Assembly (NCBI GenBank): GCA_951406725.2
Contig: OX597842.1
Span: 2,914,001-2,978,000, forward strand
Reading direction: 5' to 3'
DNA: 64,000 bases
Origin: Octopus vulgaris
Taxonomy: Eukaryota
In this document: piece after piece, positions 23,267 through 36,939 of the stretch
Numbering within the stretch: the first letter of the stretch is position 1
Layout: the number at the start of each line of letters is the position of its first letter
The notes under the pieces: model-generated
What the model saw: only the letters and a program-made list of their open reading frames with translations
The model's database searches: none
Told to the model about the DNA's origin: nothing
Program-made: the position numbers and the translations under genes

Positions 23267-24354
23267 AGTATAAGAATAAAATCCTACCCCAGCATATTCA
23301 TAATGGTTGCATTCTTTTAAAGTATTATTTGTTAGGGTTTTGTAGACTAAACTAATGAAGCCAAAACATAACTGAAGCAACAGATTCTAATGGCCACAGT
23401 AAATTCTAATTTTGCTGACAAGCAGGATAATCTTCCCAAAAAATAACACTGCCAAACTGTAGTTCTACTCTAGTTCTTCCTCAAAATGCATCTTTGCAAG
23501 ATGGAAAGTTAATTTTTGTGTAGGATGGAACTGGATACATAGCTTTTGTCTGAGCAATCAAATTGACATCTTGATTGGATCCAATATGGCTGCTCTGGGT
23601 TTTACTTTTTTGAATCCTATTGGCTTCTGGGAACATAAAAATACATAAATCATGGTAGCACGGTTTCATTATAATTTTTCTGTTTCTGTCTCCTTTTGCT
23701 TGGAACTGCCCTGATTTTCCTATTCATTCTTTTATATTCAAACTTTTTCTTATACCAAAATTATTTACCACATATTTACCTTTTAAGCTCTTACTAAATT
23801 TCCTTTCCCTTCTAGAGAAAAATATTTTATTAATTTCTATTAATTTCATTCTTATTGACTTCCATATTAAAATTTTGCTTTTCTTAAATTGTCTCTGTAC
23901 TTTGAAATATGCTGAAATGTTCTTTTAAACATGGAATTCGTTTAACCTAATGAGCAAGCATTAATTAAAAAGTTGTATATATATTAATACAGACATATAA
24001 GTAATTTATTATTTATTATAAAATATAAAATAAATTATTAATACATGTTTATTGAATTGCAAAACAATTGCTGTTAAATAAGAATATTCAATGACAAAAT
24101 GAATTTTATCACAGTATATTTTTCGCTTTATCCATCCGTCCGTCCGTCCGTCCGTCCGTCCATCCGTCTGTCAGTCAGTCTGTCTGTTAGTCTGTCTGTT
24201 AGTCTGTCTGTCTATCTGTCTGTCTGTCTGTCTGTTTATCTATCTATCTATCTGTATATATATAGTACACTGTTCCCTGAGGGTAAGATAAGCAAAAAAA
24301 AAAAAGTGTTATAAAATGGTGTCAAGTCGTTTTCATTGCAGGAAACTTTGTCAT

Positions 24355-24530
24355 CATGCAGATCCTCTCGTGATCTCCATCACTGGCAGTCTCGTTCCAA
24401 CCCCTCAACATCCTCCAACGTAATGTTGAGCCTCCTGAGATTTTCCCCAGTCACATCCAAGCATCTGGTACAGGGTCTGCCATGAGTTCTCTTCTAACCC
24501 ACAGCTGCTGCAGGAAATGAGATTAAAGCC
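24355..24530 (-). mobile_element. RTE-type LINE C-terminal fragment
   Basis: Minus: KRTHGRPCTRCLDVTGENLRRLNITLEDVEGLERDCQ*WR. Confidence 0.6.
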
Positions 24531-24954
24531 CCTGGTAGGATGAGCAGAGTTTCTCAACCATATTTTTTATTTATGGACTCCTTTGATTACTATTTTTTTC
24601 TGGTGGACCCCTGATATTTAAAAATTAGTTTTATAGATCCTTCTTTCAAAATTCCATTTTTTTTATTCCACCCCTTTACAGGCCGAACTTAAGACATAAA
24701 CCTGTTTCTCGTAATACATACCAATGCATACATCTAAAACAAAGACTTTTCAGGGGCCCTTAAAATACTTTTATAAATCCCCAATTTACTATCTCATTGC
24801 ATGGATTCTCAAAAATCTAATATGGACCTTTTGTTGGCTTGGGAACACCCACTAAAATTTTCGTGGGGGTAATGGAAACACTTTGAACATCCTAAGCAAA
24901 GTTCATTCCCACACACACACATATATATTTATATCAATATTTATACGTATATAT

Positions 24955-25330
24955 ATTCTTTTACTTGTTTCAGTCATTTGACTGCAGCCATGCTGGAGCA
25001 CCGCCTTTAGTCGAGCAAATCGACTCCGGGACTTATTCTTTGTAAGCCCAGTACTTATTCTATTGGTCTCTTTTGCCGAACCGCTAAGTGACGGGGACGT
25101 AAACACACCAGCATCGGTTGTCAAGCAATGCTAGGGGGACAAACAGACACACACACTTATATATATATACATATATATGACAGGCTTCTTTCATTTTCCG
25201 TCTACCAAATCCACTCACAAGGCATTGGTCGGCCCGGGGCTATAGCAGAAGACACTTGCCCAAGATGCCATGCAGTGGGACTGAACCCGGAACCATGTGG
25301 TTGGTTAGCAAGCTACTTACCACACAGCCA
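24955..25330 (-). mobile_element. SINE family A
   Basis: Full match. Confidence 0.9.
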
Positions 25331-25417
25331 CACACATATATATATATATATATATATGTTTGTGTGTATACATATATATGTGTGTGTGTGTGTATATATA
25401 TATATATGTATATATGT

Positions 25418-25980
25418 AAGGTGACCAAGTCACTAGTAGGGGTGGATGCTCTGAAAGTGTAGCTGCTAGAATAAGGATAGCCTGGGCAAAATTCAGAGAA
25501 CTCCTACCTGGATGTGTAATGTCAGTGTGCATACATGACAAGAGTGTAAGTGCCCTGAGAGAAAAATTGGACTTAAGAAGCATCAGATGTGATGTTGTGA
25601 AAGAGAGACGACTTCACTGGTATGGTCATGTGTTGCGAATGGATGAGGACAGCTGTGTGAAAAAGTGTCATACCCTAGCAGTTGAGGGAACCTGTGGAAG
25701 AGTAGACCCAGGAAAACCTGGGTTGCAGTGGTGAAGCACAACTTTTGAACATGGCTGATGCCAGTACCACCTGACTGGCCCTCATGCTGGAGGTACATAA
25801 AAGCACCCACAACACTCTAGGAGTGGTTAGCATTAGGAAGGGCATCCAGCTGTAGAAACTCTGCCATATCAGATTGGAGCCTGGTGCAGCCTTCTGGCTC
25901 GCCAGCCCTCAGTCAAACCATCCAACCCATGCCAGCATGGAAAGCGGATGTTAAACAATGATGATGATGATATGATGATG
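25418..25980 (+). mobile_element. RTE LINE 3' end: ORF C-terminus plus 3' UTR with (GAT)n tail
   Basis: ARIRIAWAKFREL, LREKLDLRSIRC..RRLHWYGHVLRMDEDSCVKKC; runs directly into TTAGGAAGGGCATCCAGCTGTAGAAAC...CATGGAAAGCGGATGTTAAAC(A)ATGATGAT. Confidence 0.85.
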
Positions 25981-26339
25981 TGTGTGTATGTATATACATA
26001 TATATATGTGTATATATACATGTTTGCATATGTGTGTGTGTATTTGTATATATATATATATATCTGGTGTTCGCAACTCAGTATGAGCAATATATATACA
26101 TATATATATGATGGGCTTCCTTTCAGTTTCTATCTACCAAATTTACTTGCAAAGCAAATTTACTCACAGGGCTACAGTAGAAAACACTGCATGATCATCC
26201 AGAATATTTTTTTCTGTTTCCACTTCTACATTATCTCATGTATTGCTTGCTTATCTAAAGACAGTAAAGTGTGGCTTGAGAGAAATTTAGCTGTAATATG
26301 AATTCGATCTCGTGATGACATAGAGAAACAATTTCCTTA

Positions 26340-27700
26340 ATGGAGGTGATGGTGGTGTTAATAGTAGTGGTGGAATAGTGGTTGTGATGATGGTACTAGT
26401 GTTAGTGGGGTGGTGATAGTGTTGGGGTGGTGATGATAGTAGTGTTTGTGGTGGTAGTGGTAGTTATAGTGGTGGTGGTGGTAGTAGAAATGGTGGTGAT
26501 TTTTGTGATGATGGTAGCAGTTGTTGTAGTAGTGGTGGTGGTGGTGTTAGAGTCAGTGTTAGTGTTCATTAGTTGGTTGGCTGCATAGTTGGTTGGTGAG
26601 GTATTTTGTCAGTCAGTTGTCAGTGGTGGTGGTCGTGCTGGAACAACAATTAAATAAGGTTACAAAGAAATAGCTCGAAAAATTGTCCAAGCCATTAATA
26701 CAAGCCCGAAGACATTTTACAGTAAAGTTAGTGACACAGAAGCAAGAAATAAGGTAGGCTTCAGGATTGTGGATGAGGGAGACGCTAGGGAATGGTGGAG
26801 GATGGTTGGCATCAAATGAGGAGGGTGATTGCAGGGGATTAACGGAGTCCAAGAGACAGTCACTTGTAAAAGACACAGAAAATATTTTTTCTTTTTATAC
26901 AAGCAGGGGAAAGGATGGCGTTGGTGTTGCTGTTGTTGGTGGTGGTCGTGGTTGTGTTGGTGCCTGACGGGTAGTAGCTGTGTGGCGTGGTGTGGTCTTG
27001 GTGGTTTGGTGTCTGATGTTAGTGGTGGTGGTGGTGGTGGTGGTGGTGGTGATGCTGGTGGTGGTTTCAGTGGTAGCTTTATGGTGATGGTGATGGTGGT
27101 GATTGTGGTTAAGGTGATGATGGTGGTGTTGGTTGCAAAGGTGTTGATGGTGGTGGTGGTGGGGATGGGGGTAGTGGTGGTGCTGGTGTTGGTGGTCACT
27201 GTGGAGGAGATGGTGATGGTGCTGGTGTGGAGATGGTAGTATGGTGGTGATAGTGGTGGTGTTGGTTGCAATGGTGTTGGTGGTGGTGCTGGTGTTGGTG
27301 GTCGCCTATGGAGATGGTGATGGTGGTGGTGTTGGTTGCAATGGTGATGGTGGGGATGAAGGTAGTGGTGGTGCTGGTGTTGGTGGTCACTGTTGAGATG
27401 GTGATGGTGGTGGTGTTGGTGGTAGCTATGGAGGTGATGGTGATGGTAGTGATAGTGGGGTGTTGGTGGTGATGTTTGTAGTGGTGGCATTGATGACGGT
27501 GATGGTAGTAGTATTGGTGGTGGTGTTTCTAGTGGTATTGGCGATGTCGTTGTTGATGGTGGTATTGATGGTTCTGTTGGTAGTGAGTGGATGGGTGATT
27601 GTCTGGCGAGCTGTTGGTGGATTGTTACTGGCAGGGGGTGGGAGAGGTGGAGGAGGTGGAGGTGCAGGGGGTGGAGTGGGAAGATGGTGGTGGTAGGGGC
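26340..27700 (+). repeat. Long degenerate (GGT)n tract
   Basis: GGT/GAT/GTT triplets; explains the spurious Val/Gly/Trp and His/Thr/Pro ORFs. Confidence 0.9.
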
Positions 27701-28069
27701 AGTGACTGCAGGACAAAATAAAGTGACTAGCTGAATGGTGGGATACAGGCTTGGAGGATGGTTATGGGGCTGGTGGCATAGGTGGGGAGGGAGGTAATGG
27801 TGGCCTGGGTTTGTACGGGTGCTGCAGCAGGGGAGGTGGGTGTGAGCTGTGGGGGAGAGCAGGACGAATTGCTGTGAATGTGGTGGTGGGGGTGGGTAGG
27901 GCGGGCAGTCTGTGGATATTAAATTAAAGGGAAACGGTATTTAATTAGCGAAGGAAATCTTTATAATTTTTAATACAGTTTTCATATGCGCAGCACAACA
28001 TTTTCGCTAAAGACTTCCCCGCCATGCCAGTCCACCTTACCCCTCCGCATCCAATACCCGTCCCTTCAT

Positions 28070-29043
28070 ATTTCCCCCCTTTTCCCTCTTCCCTACTGTA
28101 CCACCTCTTCCTATTTCTTTTCTCCATCCTCTTCCTTTCTTCACCTCCTCATCTTTATCTTTCTCCTCTGAACCTTCTTCCTCTCCCTCTTCCTTCATCT
28201 CTTCCACATCTTTCTCTTCTTCCTCCCCCTTTCCTTCATCTTTTCCTCTACCACTTCATCCTCCTTTCTTCCTTGTCCTCTTCCTTCATCTTTTCTTCCT
28301 CCTCTTCTTCCATCCCCTCTTCTTCTTCTTCATATTCCTCTCTTCCTTGTCTTCTTCCTCCTTTTCCTCCTCCCCTCTCCCTTCTCTTCCTCCACTTCAT
28401 CTTCATTCTCCCCATCTTCCTTGACTTCATCTTCTTTCTCTTCTTCCTCTTCTTTCTCCTCTTCCTCTTCTTTCTCCTCTTCCTCTTCTTTCTCCTCTTC
28501 CCCTTCTTTCTCCCCTTCCTCTTCTTTCTCCTCTTCCTCTTCTTTCTCCCCTTCCTCTTCTTTCCCCTCTTCTTTTCCTTTCTCCTCTTCCTCGCTTCCC
28601 CTTCTTTCTTCTCTTCTTCTTCTTATTCCTCTTCTTTCCTCTCTTTCTCTTCTTTCTCCCCTTCCTCTTCTTTCTCCTCTTATTTCTCTCTTCCTCTTCT
28701 TTCTCCTCTTCCTCTCCTTTCTCCTCTTCCTCTTTTTCTCCTCTTCCTTTCTTTCTCCTTGTCTTCTTTCTCCTCTTCCCCTTCTTTCTCCTCTTCGACT
28801 TCTTTCTCCTCTTCCATTTCCTTCCCCTCTTCCTCTTCTTTCTCCTCGTTTTTCCTCTCTTCCTCTCCTTTCTCCTCTTCCACTTCTTTCTCCTCTTCCT
28901 CCCCTTCACCTTTCACTTTATCATCCACTCGTTCTCTCTTCCACGTCTCTTTTTCCTCCTCCTCCCCTTCTTCATCCTCATCATCTTTCACTTTGCCTTC
29001 CCCTTCATCCTCCTCCTTCTCCCATTCACCCACTTCTTCTTCC
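28070..29043 (+). repeat. ~1-kb polypyrimidine tract with an 18-bp minisatellite (CTTCTTTCTCCTCTTCCT)
   Basis: Almost exclusively C/T; about 7 regular 18-bp units at 28431-28560. Confidence 0.9.
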
Positions 29044-29077
29044 AAACACGAAACAAATAAAAGATTAAAAAAATATA

Positions 29078-29465
29078 AGGAGTGACTGTGTGGTAAGTAG
29101 TTTGCTTACGAACCACATGGTTCTGGGTTCAGTCCCACTGCGTGACAACTTTGGCAAGTGTCTTCTACTATAGCCTCGGGCCAACCAAAGCCTTGTGAGT
29201 GGATTTGGTAGACGGAAACTGAAAGAAGCCCATCGGATATATGTATATATATGTGTGTATATGTTTGTGAGTCTGTGTTTGTCCCCCCAACATCGCTTGA
29301 CAACCAATGCTGGTGTGTTTAGGTTCGGCAAGAGAGACCAATAGAATAAGTACTAGGCTTACAAAGAATAAGCCCTGGGGTCGATTTAATTCAACTAAAG
29401 GTGGTGCTCCAGCATGGCCACAGTCAAATGGCTGAAACATGTAAAGGAATAAAAAGAAAAGAAAA
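29078..29465 (+). mobile_element. SINE family A
   Basis: Head-to-tail match. Confidence 0.9.
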
Positions 29466-29634
29466 ACATTACAAAATTGATGTATTCTGAGGGAATTCAA
29501 AGGTATAACGTAATCCAGTGTTAGGACATTCAAGAATTAAATACTCCCGATAATTGTCAGAAAGGCACAGATGTGTGTGAGTGTATGATAATAAGCAAGT
29601 CAAAAGTCTCCCCATACTTTTTACTTTTTGCCTC

Positions 29635-29667
29635 TTTCTGATGAAGAGCCATGCTTGAAATGTCAAA
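29635..29667 (+). ncRNA. Compact hammerhead motif (CpG-decayed)
   Basis: TTT-CTGATGA-AGAGC-CAT-GCTT-GAAAT-GTC^AAA; same family as 32835-32870 and 57533-57567. Confidence 0.55.
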
Positions 29668-29997
29668 CCCTCTTTTTTCTATCTTAAACCTTCCCTGAGC
29701 ATCAATCTAATACGCATATTATTTATGTCCTTTTGACATTTTTGTTCTTTTTCATGTTTATATTTTATATGTTTGATTCATCTTACATGCAGGCTGTATG
29801 GTAAGAAACTTGCCTCCCAATTCCATGGCTCTGGGTTCAGTCCCACCATATGGTAGCTTAGGCAAGTGTCTTCTACTACAGCCTCAGTCCAACCAAATCC
29901 TTGTGGGTGGATTTTGTTGACAGAAACCAAAAGAAGCTCATCGTATATATATATATATATATATACTTAATATATATATATAAATATATATATATAA

Positions 29998-30317
29998 AGA
30001 CCCCCTTCGGTCATGAATGACCATGGGATTGCACCTAGAAAGTTACCCTCCTAGACACAAGTCCGGGCAAGGTTGTTTATGGAAGACCAGCAGTCGGCCA
30101 TGCATACCAGCCTCCCCTCTCCACACCACCAGTGTTATCCAAGGGAAAGACAAAGGTCGATACAGCTTGGCACCAGTGACGTCGCAACTCATTTCTACAG
30201 CTGAGTGAACTGGAGCAACGTGAAATAAAGTGCCTTGCTCAAGAACACAACACGCAGCCCGGTCCGGGATTCGAGCTCACAACCTCACGATCGTAAGCTC
30301 GACGCTCTAACCACTGA

Positions 30318-30321
<4 letters not shown>
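29998..30321 (-). mobile_element. tRNA-derived SINE family D, inserted in the internal (TA)n of a SINE A (29785-30620)
   Basis: Minus: TGGCTCAGTGGTTAGAGCG (A-box)...GCTCGAATCCCGG (B-box-like)...TTGAGCAAGGCACTT...GCTCCAGTTCACTCAGCTG. Confidence 0.85.
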
Positions 30322-30352
<31 letters not shown>

Positions 30353-30809
30353 GTGTGTGGGTGTGTGTGTGCATAAATATATATATGTATATCAGTGTGT
30401 ATGTATATGTCTTAGTTTTCTGTGTTTGTCCCCCAAAACTACTTGAGAACTGGTGTTGATGTGTTTACATCTGCATAACCTAGTAATTTGGTAAAAGAGA
30501 CTGATAGAATAAGTACCAGGCTTTTAAAAAATAAGTGCTGAGGCTGATACATTCAACTAAAAATTCTTCAAGAAGGTGCCTCAGAATGGCCACAGCTTAA
30601 TGACTGTGACAATTAAAAGATAGCTATATATATATATATATATAGGCACAGGAGTGGCTATGTGGTAAGAAGCTTACTTCCCAACCACATGGTTCTGGGT
30701 TCAGTCCCACTGTGTGGCACCTTGGGAAAGCCTTGTGAGTGGATATGGTTGAGGGAAACTGAAAAGAAGCCTATCATATGAATATATATATATATATAAT
30801 GTCGCATTG

Positions 30810-31157
30810 TTACCAGCGTTGCCTTACTGGCACTTGTGCCGGTGGCACATGAAAAAGCATTCGAGTGAGGTCATTGCCAGTGCTGCTGGCCTGGCTCCTG
30901 TGCAGGTGGCACGTAAAAAAAACTATTTGAGCGTGGCCGTTGCCAGTACTGCCTGACTGGCTCTCATGCCAGTGGCACGTAAAAGCACCCAGTACACTCT
31001 CGGAGTGGTTGGCGTTAGGAAGGGCGTCTAGCTGTAGAAATTCTGCCAGATCAAGATTGGAGCCTGGTGCAGCCATCTGGTTTGCCAGTCCTCAGACAAA
31101 TCGTCCAACCCATGCTAGCATGGAAAGCGGACGTTAAATGATGATGATGATGATGAT
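30810..31157 (+). mobile_element. RTE 3' UTR fragment with internal ~60-70-bp sub-repeats and (GAT)n tail
   Basis: GTGGCACRTRAAA x3; tail matches 25750-25980; further copies at 33620-33872, 38435-38610, 43047-43380(-), 61520-61795 and 63375-63745(-). Confidence 0.8.
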
Positions 31158-31173
31158 AATATATATATATATA

Positions 31174-31587
31174 TTCTTTTACTCTTTTACTTGTTTCAGT
31201 CATTTGACTGTGGCCATGCTGGAGCACCACCTTTAGTCGAGCAAATTGACCCCAGGACTTATTCTTTGTAAGTCTAATACTTATTCTAGTGGTCTCTTTT
31301 GCCGAACTGCTTTGTTACGGGGACGTAAACACACCAGCATCGGTTGTCAAGCGATGTTGGAGGGGACATACATAGACACACAAACACACACACATGCATA
31401 TATATATATATATAGACATATATACGACGGGCTTCTTTCAGTTTCCGTCTACCAAATCCACTCACAAGGCTTTGGTTGGCCTGAGGCTATAGTAGAAGAC
31501 ACTTGCTCAAGGTGCCACGCAGTCGGAATGAACCCGGAACCATGTGGTTGGGAAGCAAGCAACTTACCACACAGCCACTCCTGCACC

Positions 31588-31588
<1 letters not shown>
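31174..31588 (-). mobile_element. SINE family A
   Basis: Full match. Confidence 0.9.
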
Positions 31589-31641
<53 letters not shown>

Positions 31642-31865
31642 TCAAAGTTGGGAGATAAGTCCAGGTAGATATAATGTAAATCTCAGAAGGGGACCAAAGA
31701 ACACACAGCATATCCAACAATTAGATTTGTCTTAATATGATGTAAATAAGTCCAGAGAATAGAAAACAAAGTTAACGAAGGAAAAAAGGTATATTAATTA
31801 ATTATGTATTTATTTTTATATCTATAAAATCCATAAAATACAGACATTACTTAATAAATTAAACA

Positions 31866-31970
31866 TTCTACATATGTTTCAGCTGATTTACCAACAGCAT
31901 ATCCATTTATAATTAAATAATTAAATAATTAATAAGTACAATCTGTTTAGTAAAACAGCTCCGTCAGAAA
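31866..31970 (-). ncRNA. Hammerhead motif with one core substitution
   Basis: Minus: TTT-CTGACGG-AGCTG..TTTAC..AACAG...CTGTT.GTAAATCAGCT-GAAAC-ATAT-GTA^GAA; long stem II. Confidence 0.6.
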
Positions 31971-32675
31971 ATTTAAGAGAAATTTCTTAGTTACACCACT
32001 TGAAATTGTCATATTGGTAAATATAAATATTAATATCTATCTATATAGATATAAAAGTAAATAATTAATTAATTAATATCCCTTTTTCCATTAACTTTGT
32101 TTATGTTTGTATGTATGTATTTGTGTGTCTGTATTTGTCCCTCCACCATCGCTTGACAACTGATGTTTATGTCCCCGTAACTTAGTGGTTCAGCAAAAGA
32201 GACTGATAGGATAGGTACTAGGCTTACCAAGAATAAGTTCTGGGGTTGATTTGGTGCTCCAGTGTGGCTGCAGCCAAATGACTGAAACAAGTAAAAGTGT
32301 ATATATATGTGTGTGTGTGTATGTGTATATATAAGTAAAAATTTAGATTCACCTAAGTTGAGGCACCAGAATTTAGTACGGTATTATCCATACAATTTCA
32401 AAATAAGGTGATTACCTCTGGATATCCTTGTTGCTTATTTTGATGTGTGGGTGTGTGTATATATATATATATAGTAAAAGCAATTAAGATTCAAGTGAGT
32501 TCTATTGAATTCACTTGAATGCGGTACTTAACTTAGATGCACCAGGGGTGATTATAAACAAGAAAAAAGCAACAAGAATGGATTAGTTTTTCAGTACAAT
32601 TGTTTCATACGAGACAAGCTTTATTAAAAGCTGCAAATATTGCAGCAAATACATGTGTCATATATATATATATGT

Positions 32676-33368
32676 ATAGGGAAAATTCACAAAAAAACAA
32701 AAGACAAAGATAGGTGGTGTAGACAAAAAACAGATGTATTAGTATAAAGCTTCGGAAGTGAAAAATTCTCTAACATTTCGAGCCTATGCTCATCCACAGA
32801 AAGGAACACAGAAAGAAACAAGGAGACAAAATTCCTCTCTGTGGAAGAGTGTAGGCTCGAAACATTAACGAATTTTCCACTTCCTGAGATTTATACTAAT
32901 ACATCTCTCTTTACTCTTTTACTTGTCTCAGTCATTTGACTGTGGCCATGCTGGAGCACCACCTTTAGTCGAGCAAATCAACCCCGGGACATATTCTTTG
33001 TAAGCCCAGTACTTATTCTATCAGTCTCTTTTGCTGAACTGCTAAGTGACGGGGACGTAAACACACCAGCATCGGTTGTCAAGCAATGCTAGGGGGACAA
33101 ACACAGACACACAAACACACACACATATATATATACATACATATATACGACAGGTTTCTTTCAGTTTCCATCTACCAAATCCACTCACAAGGCTTTGGTC
33201 GGCCTGAGGCTATAGCAGAAGACATTTGCCTAAGATGCCACGCAGTGGGACTGAACCCGGAACCATGTGGCTGGTTAGCAAGCTACTTACCACACAGCCA
33301 CTCCTGCATCTGTTTGTTGTCTACACCACTTGTCTTCGTCTTTTGTTTTTTTGTGAATTCTCTCCATA
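32676..33368. mobile_element. Inverted-arm PLE-like insertion whose right arm is interrupted by SINE A (32907-33307, -)
   Basis: 32676-32800 is the reverse complement of 32838-32906 plus 33312-33368; CTGTGGA-AGAG..GCTC-GAAAC hammerhead variant; CATCT duplicated around the SINE. Confidence 0.7.
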
Positions 33369-33485
33369 TATTACACAGTCACATGGTCACACAAGTTGAT
33401 CCATCTCCTCTCATCACTCACAAACTTCTATTGGACTTTCTACACTTCAGCTGCACCTCTCCTGCCTATGGTTTACACTGGACTC

Positions 33486-33533
<48 letters not shown>

Positions 33534-33976
33534 GTGTGTGTGTGTTTGTGTGTGTATATATATATAATTAAGAGAAATAACCTCTATTAAGTAATTCAAT
33601 TGATAGTGAAAGAAATTTGTGCCGGTGGTATGTAAAAAGCACTATCTGATCGTGGCCATTTGACAGCCTCGCCTGGCACCTGTGCCGGTGGCACGTAAAA
33701 AGCACCCACTACCCTCACAGAGTGGTTGGTGTTAGGAAGGGCATCCAGCCATAGAAACATTGCCAGATCAGACTGGGCCTGGTGCAGCTTTCTGGCTTCC
33801 CAGACCCCAGTTGAACCGTCCAACCCATGCTTGCATGGAAAGCGGATGCTAAACGATGATGATGATGATGATGAAATCACATAGAAAGAATTTAAAGATA
33901 TTATAATCAATATTATTCTAAAAATCACTAAATTATATAAACATTAAATTTAATTATATGTATGTATGTATGTATG

Positions 33977-34070
<94 letters not shown>

Positions 34071-34174
34071 ACAGATGGATAATGGTTCATTCACTATAGC
34101 TTTACTAGTCAGGGAATAACGAAGCAGCACAAACTGGTGACATTTGGAATGTTTTAAATGTATAATTTGTGTAT

Positions 34175-34268
34175 ATTCCCCTGATGAAAACGTTTTTTTC
34201 TTTTCACATTATGTAACATCCTTGTTAATCAATTAAAAAAAAATTCGTTGGAAACAGCTGTGGTGAAT
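34175..34268 (+). ncRNA. Hammerhead motif in a PLE-like insertion (34064-~34570) after a long (TA)n
   Basis: ATTCCC-CTGATGA-AAACG...CGTTG-GAAAC-AGCT-GTG^GTGAAT; inverted arm 34064-34092 vs 34263-34293. Confidence 0.6.
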
Positions 34269-34576
34269 GAACCATTATCCAGCTGTTATTTTTATACTTT
34301 ATTCACGTTATTTGGAACCTGCTATTAGCGTGGATCCCAAGCCTATTAAGTGCTGTACAGTTGGTGCAGTTTGTATTCCTAAATACAGCCTTGGGATTCA
34401 TAAGCTACTCAGTCAGCTGCAGTTGATTGTATACACAACTGGAATAATTATCCGTCTATATATCAGTATGTAAGAATTTGTTCCTATGCTTTCATAATAT
34501 ACACAATTCCTTTAAGTTAACCTGTCCCATGCTTTATGATTTAAATATCTGATTAACTTGAACCCTGAACTCTTAT

Positions 34577-35090
34577 ATCTATTATATAAAATCCGTTCTG
34601 TCTGTCTGTGTGTCTGTCTTCTAGGATCTTGGGCATCCTCCATCCGATTGCGCTCAAATTTGATATGTAGATACCGACGGTATCAGGGCATGTTTAAGTC
34701 TTGAAAAAATTACAAAAATCGATTTCAGGTGAGAATGCAATCGATAAAGCCATTCTCCCAGTCAACAGCCTTATCATTACTGGTACTTTAAACTCTTCGG
34801 TTGCATATTTGTGTGAATGAAATCGTTTTTCTTTGGAATAGAAAAAAAAAGTCCATCTTTATTTCTTCTTTTGCTCGTGTCTCAAATTTAGGTTAAATCA
34901 GTGTTTCTCAAAGGGGAGGTCTATGGGACAGTCGGACAAGTTGTTTTGAGAAAATTTGGTTTAAATGTTTGACAACTCAACACTGTTGTTACATTAGGAT
35001 TTTTGTTATTGTTAAATAAATGTTCATCTAAATATTTCTGTCATTTATGACTATACACACTCCTTATCCTTTTTTCTTGTATATTTATAT
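34577..35090 (+). mobile_element. Probable non-autonomous Helitron-type element
   Basis: Starts A^TCTATTATATAAAA, then a (CTGT)n microsatellite and CCGATTGCGCTCAAATTTG, typical of invertebrate Helitron/HINE 5' ends; 3' end not identified. Confidence 0.45.
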
Positions 35091-35476
35091 ATATTCTACA
35101 TGGTGTGCACAACAATACATTAAGGAGCTTTTTTATGAGTACTACTGGAGCACCACCTTTAGTCGAGCAAATCAACCCCAGGACTTATTCTTTGTAAGCC
35201 TAGTACTTATTCTATTGGTGTCTTTTGCCAAACTGCTGAGTTATGGGGACGTAAACACACCAGCATCGGTTGTCAGCGATGTTGGGGGGGGGGGGGACAA
35301 ACACACACACACACATATATACGATGGGCTTCTTTCAGTTTCCAGATCCACTCACAAGGCTTTGGGCGGTCCGAGGCTATAGTAGAAGACACTTGTCCAA
35401 GGTACTACGCAGTGGGACTGAACCCAGAACCATGCGGTTGGTAAGCAAGCTACTTACCACACAGCCACTCCTACAC

Positions 35477-35511
<35 letters not shown>

Positions 35512-35536
35512 TACACATATATATATATACACACAC

Positions 35537-35571
<35 letters not shown>

Positions 35572-35959
35572 TGCATACACAGATGCTGAAGAAATCAATT
35601 TGGCCTAAAACTCAAACAAAAGGACTTGATAATAAAAGATGAAACATGAGCACACTCGTGTTTTAATAATGCATGTTTGAAAGAAAAAATGTCCCATACG
35701 TATATGCGTGTATATACACACGTATATATGGGTGTGTGAGGGGGGTGACTATGATGCTTTCAAATCATGTATTAATAAGAGTACAAGTCTGTTCAAGACT
35801 CATCCTTTGTTGTTTAGGAATTGTGTGTGTGTGTGTGTATACGAATATACATAAATACACACACATATATATACATACAGATATATATGTATATATACAT
35901 ACATATATGATTATATATTTACATATATAAATACATATACTTACATATGTACATACATA

Positions 35960-35991
<32 letters not shown>

Positions 35992-36518
35992 AACATGCAT
36001 ATATATATATATATATATACAAATATATACATATGTAATATATTTACACACATATACACATGCAAACTTATATACAAACATGCATATACATATATATATA
36101 TATATATACATACATGTATATACTTCCACATATATATGTACATGCATACACATATATATATACTCGCACACGCATATACATACACACATACATACTCATA
36201 TATATACATACACACTCATATATATACACGCATATTTATGTGTGTGTATATATATACTCATACATGTATGTATATACACACTTATATGTATAATATATAT
36301 ATATATATACATACACACATACACTCATATATATATATATATATACACACTCATGTATATATACACACACACACATAGTTATATGTGTGTACATATGTAT
36401 ATATAGGAATAAAAATTTATATATAAAGAACGTGAAATACACGAAGGGACGAACACGGAAAACAGACAAAGTCATTCAAAGCCTTCAATCTTCAGTGTAT
36501 ATATATATACACACACAC

Positions 36519-36559
<41 letters not shown>

Positions 36560-36566
36560 TATATAT

Positions 36567-36643
<77 letters not shown>

Positions 36644-36939
36644 TACACAAAGGCCTCTTCCCTGCTCTGTATCTTGTCGTAGAAATAAAATGGACAGATG
36701 GCAAACGCACTGTTTGCCATCCAATACAAAAAGGTATTGTTTTCACGAGAGCAGACGTTCAGTGCACCTCTTCCTCCTCTGTTTGTTAATATTTCCATAT
36801 TTATTTCTGCTCTTCTTTCCTGGAAAACGAAATTAATTTCTCTTCCCTGATTTCGTGTTCCACCATTTCAAAACAAAAGGGGACGTTCTTGGCCGTGTTT
36901 TGGAGAGCATATTGAAATATAGATTAGGACTGCTGACGG

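Noticed and set aside
23572-23594. ATTGGATCCAAT palindrome plus YY1-like AATATGGCTGC as a promoter
   Set aside because: Short motifs with no supporting gene context; common in transposon remnants
28024-29085. 353-aa ORF
   Set aside because: A stop-free C/T tract gives an F/L/S/P-only artefact
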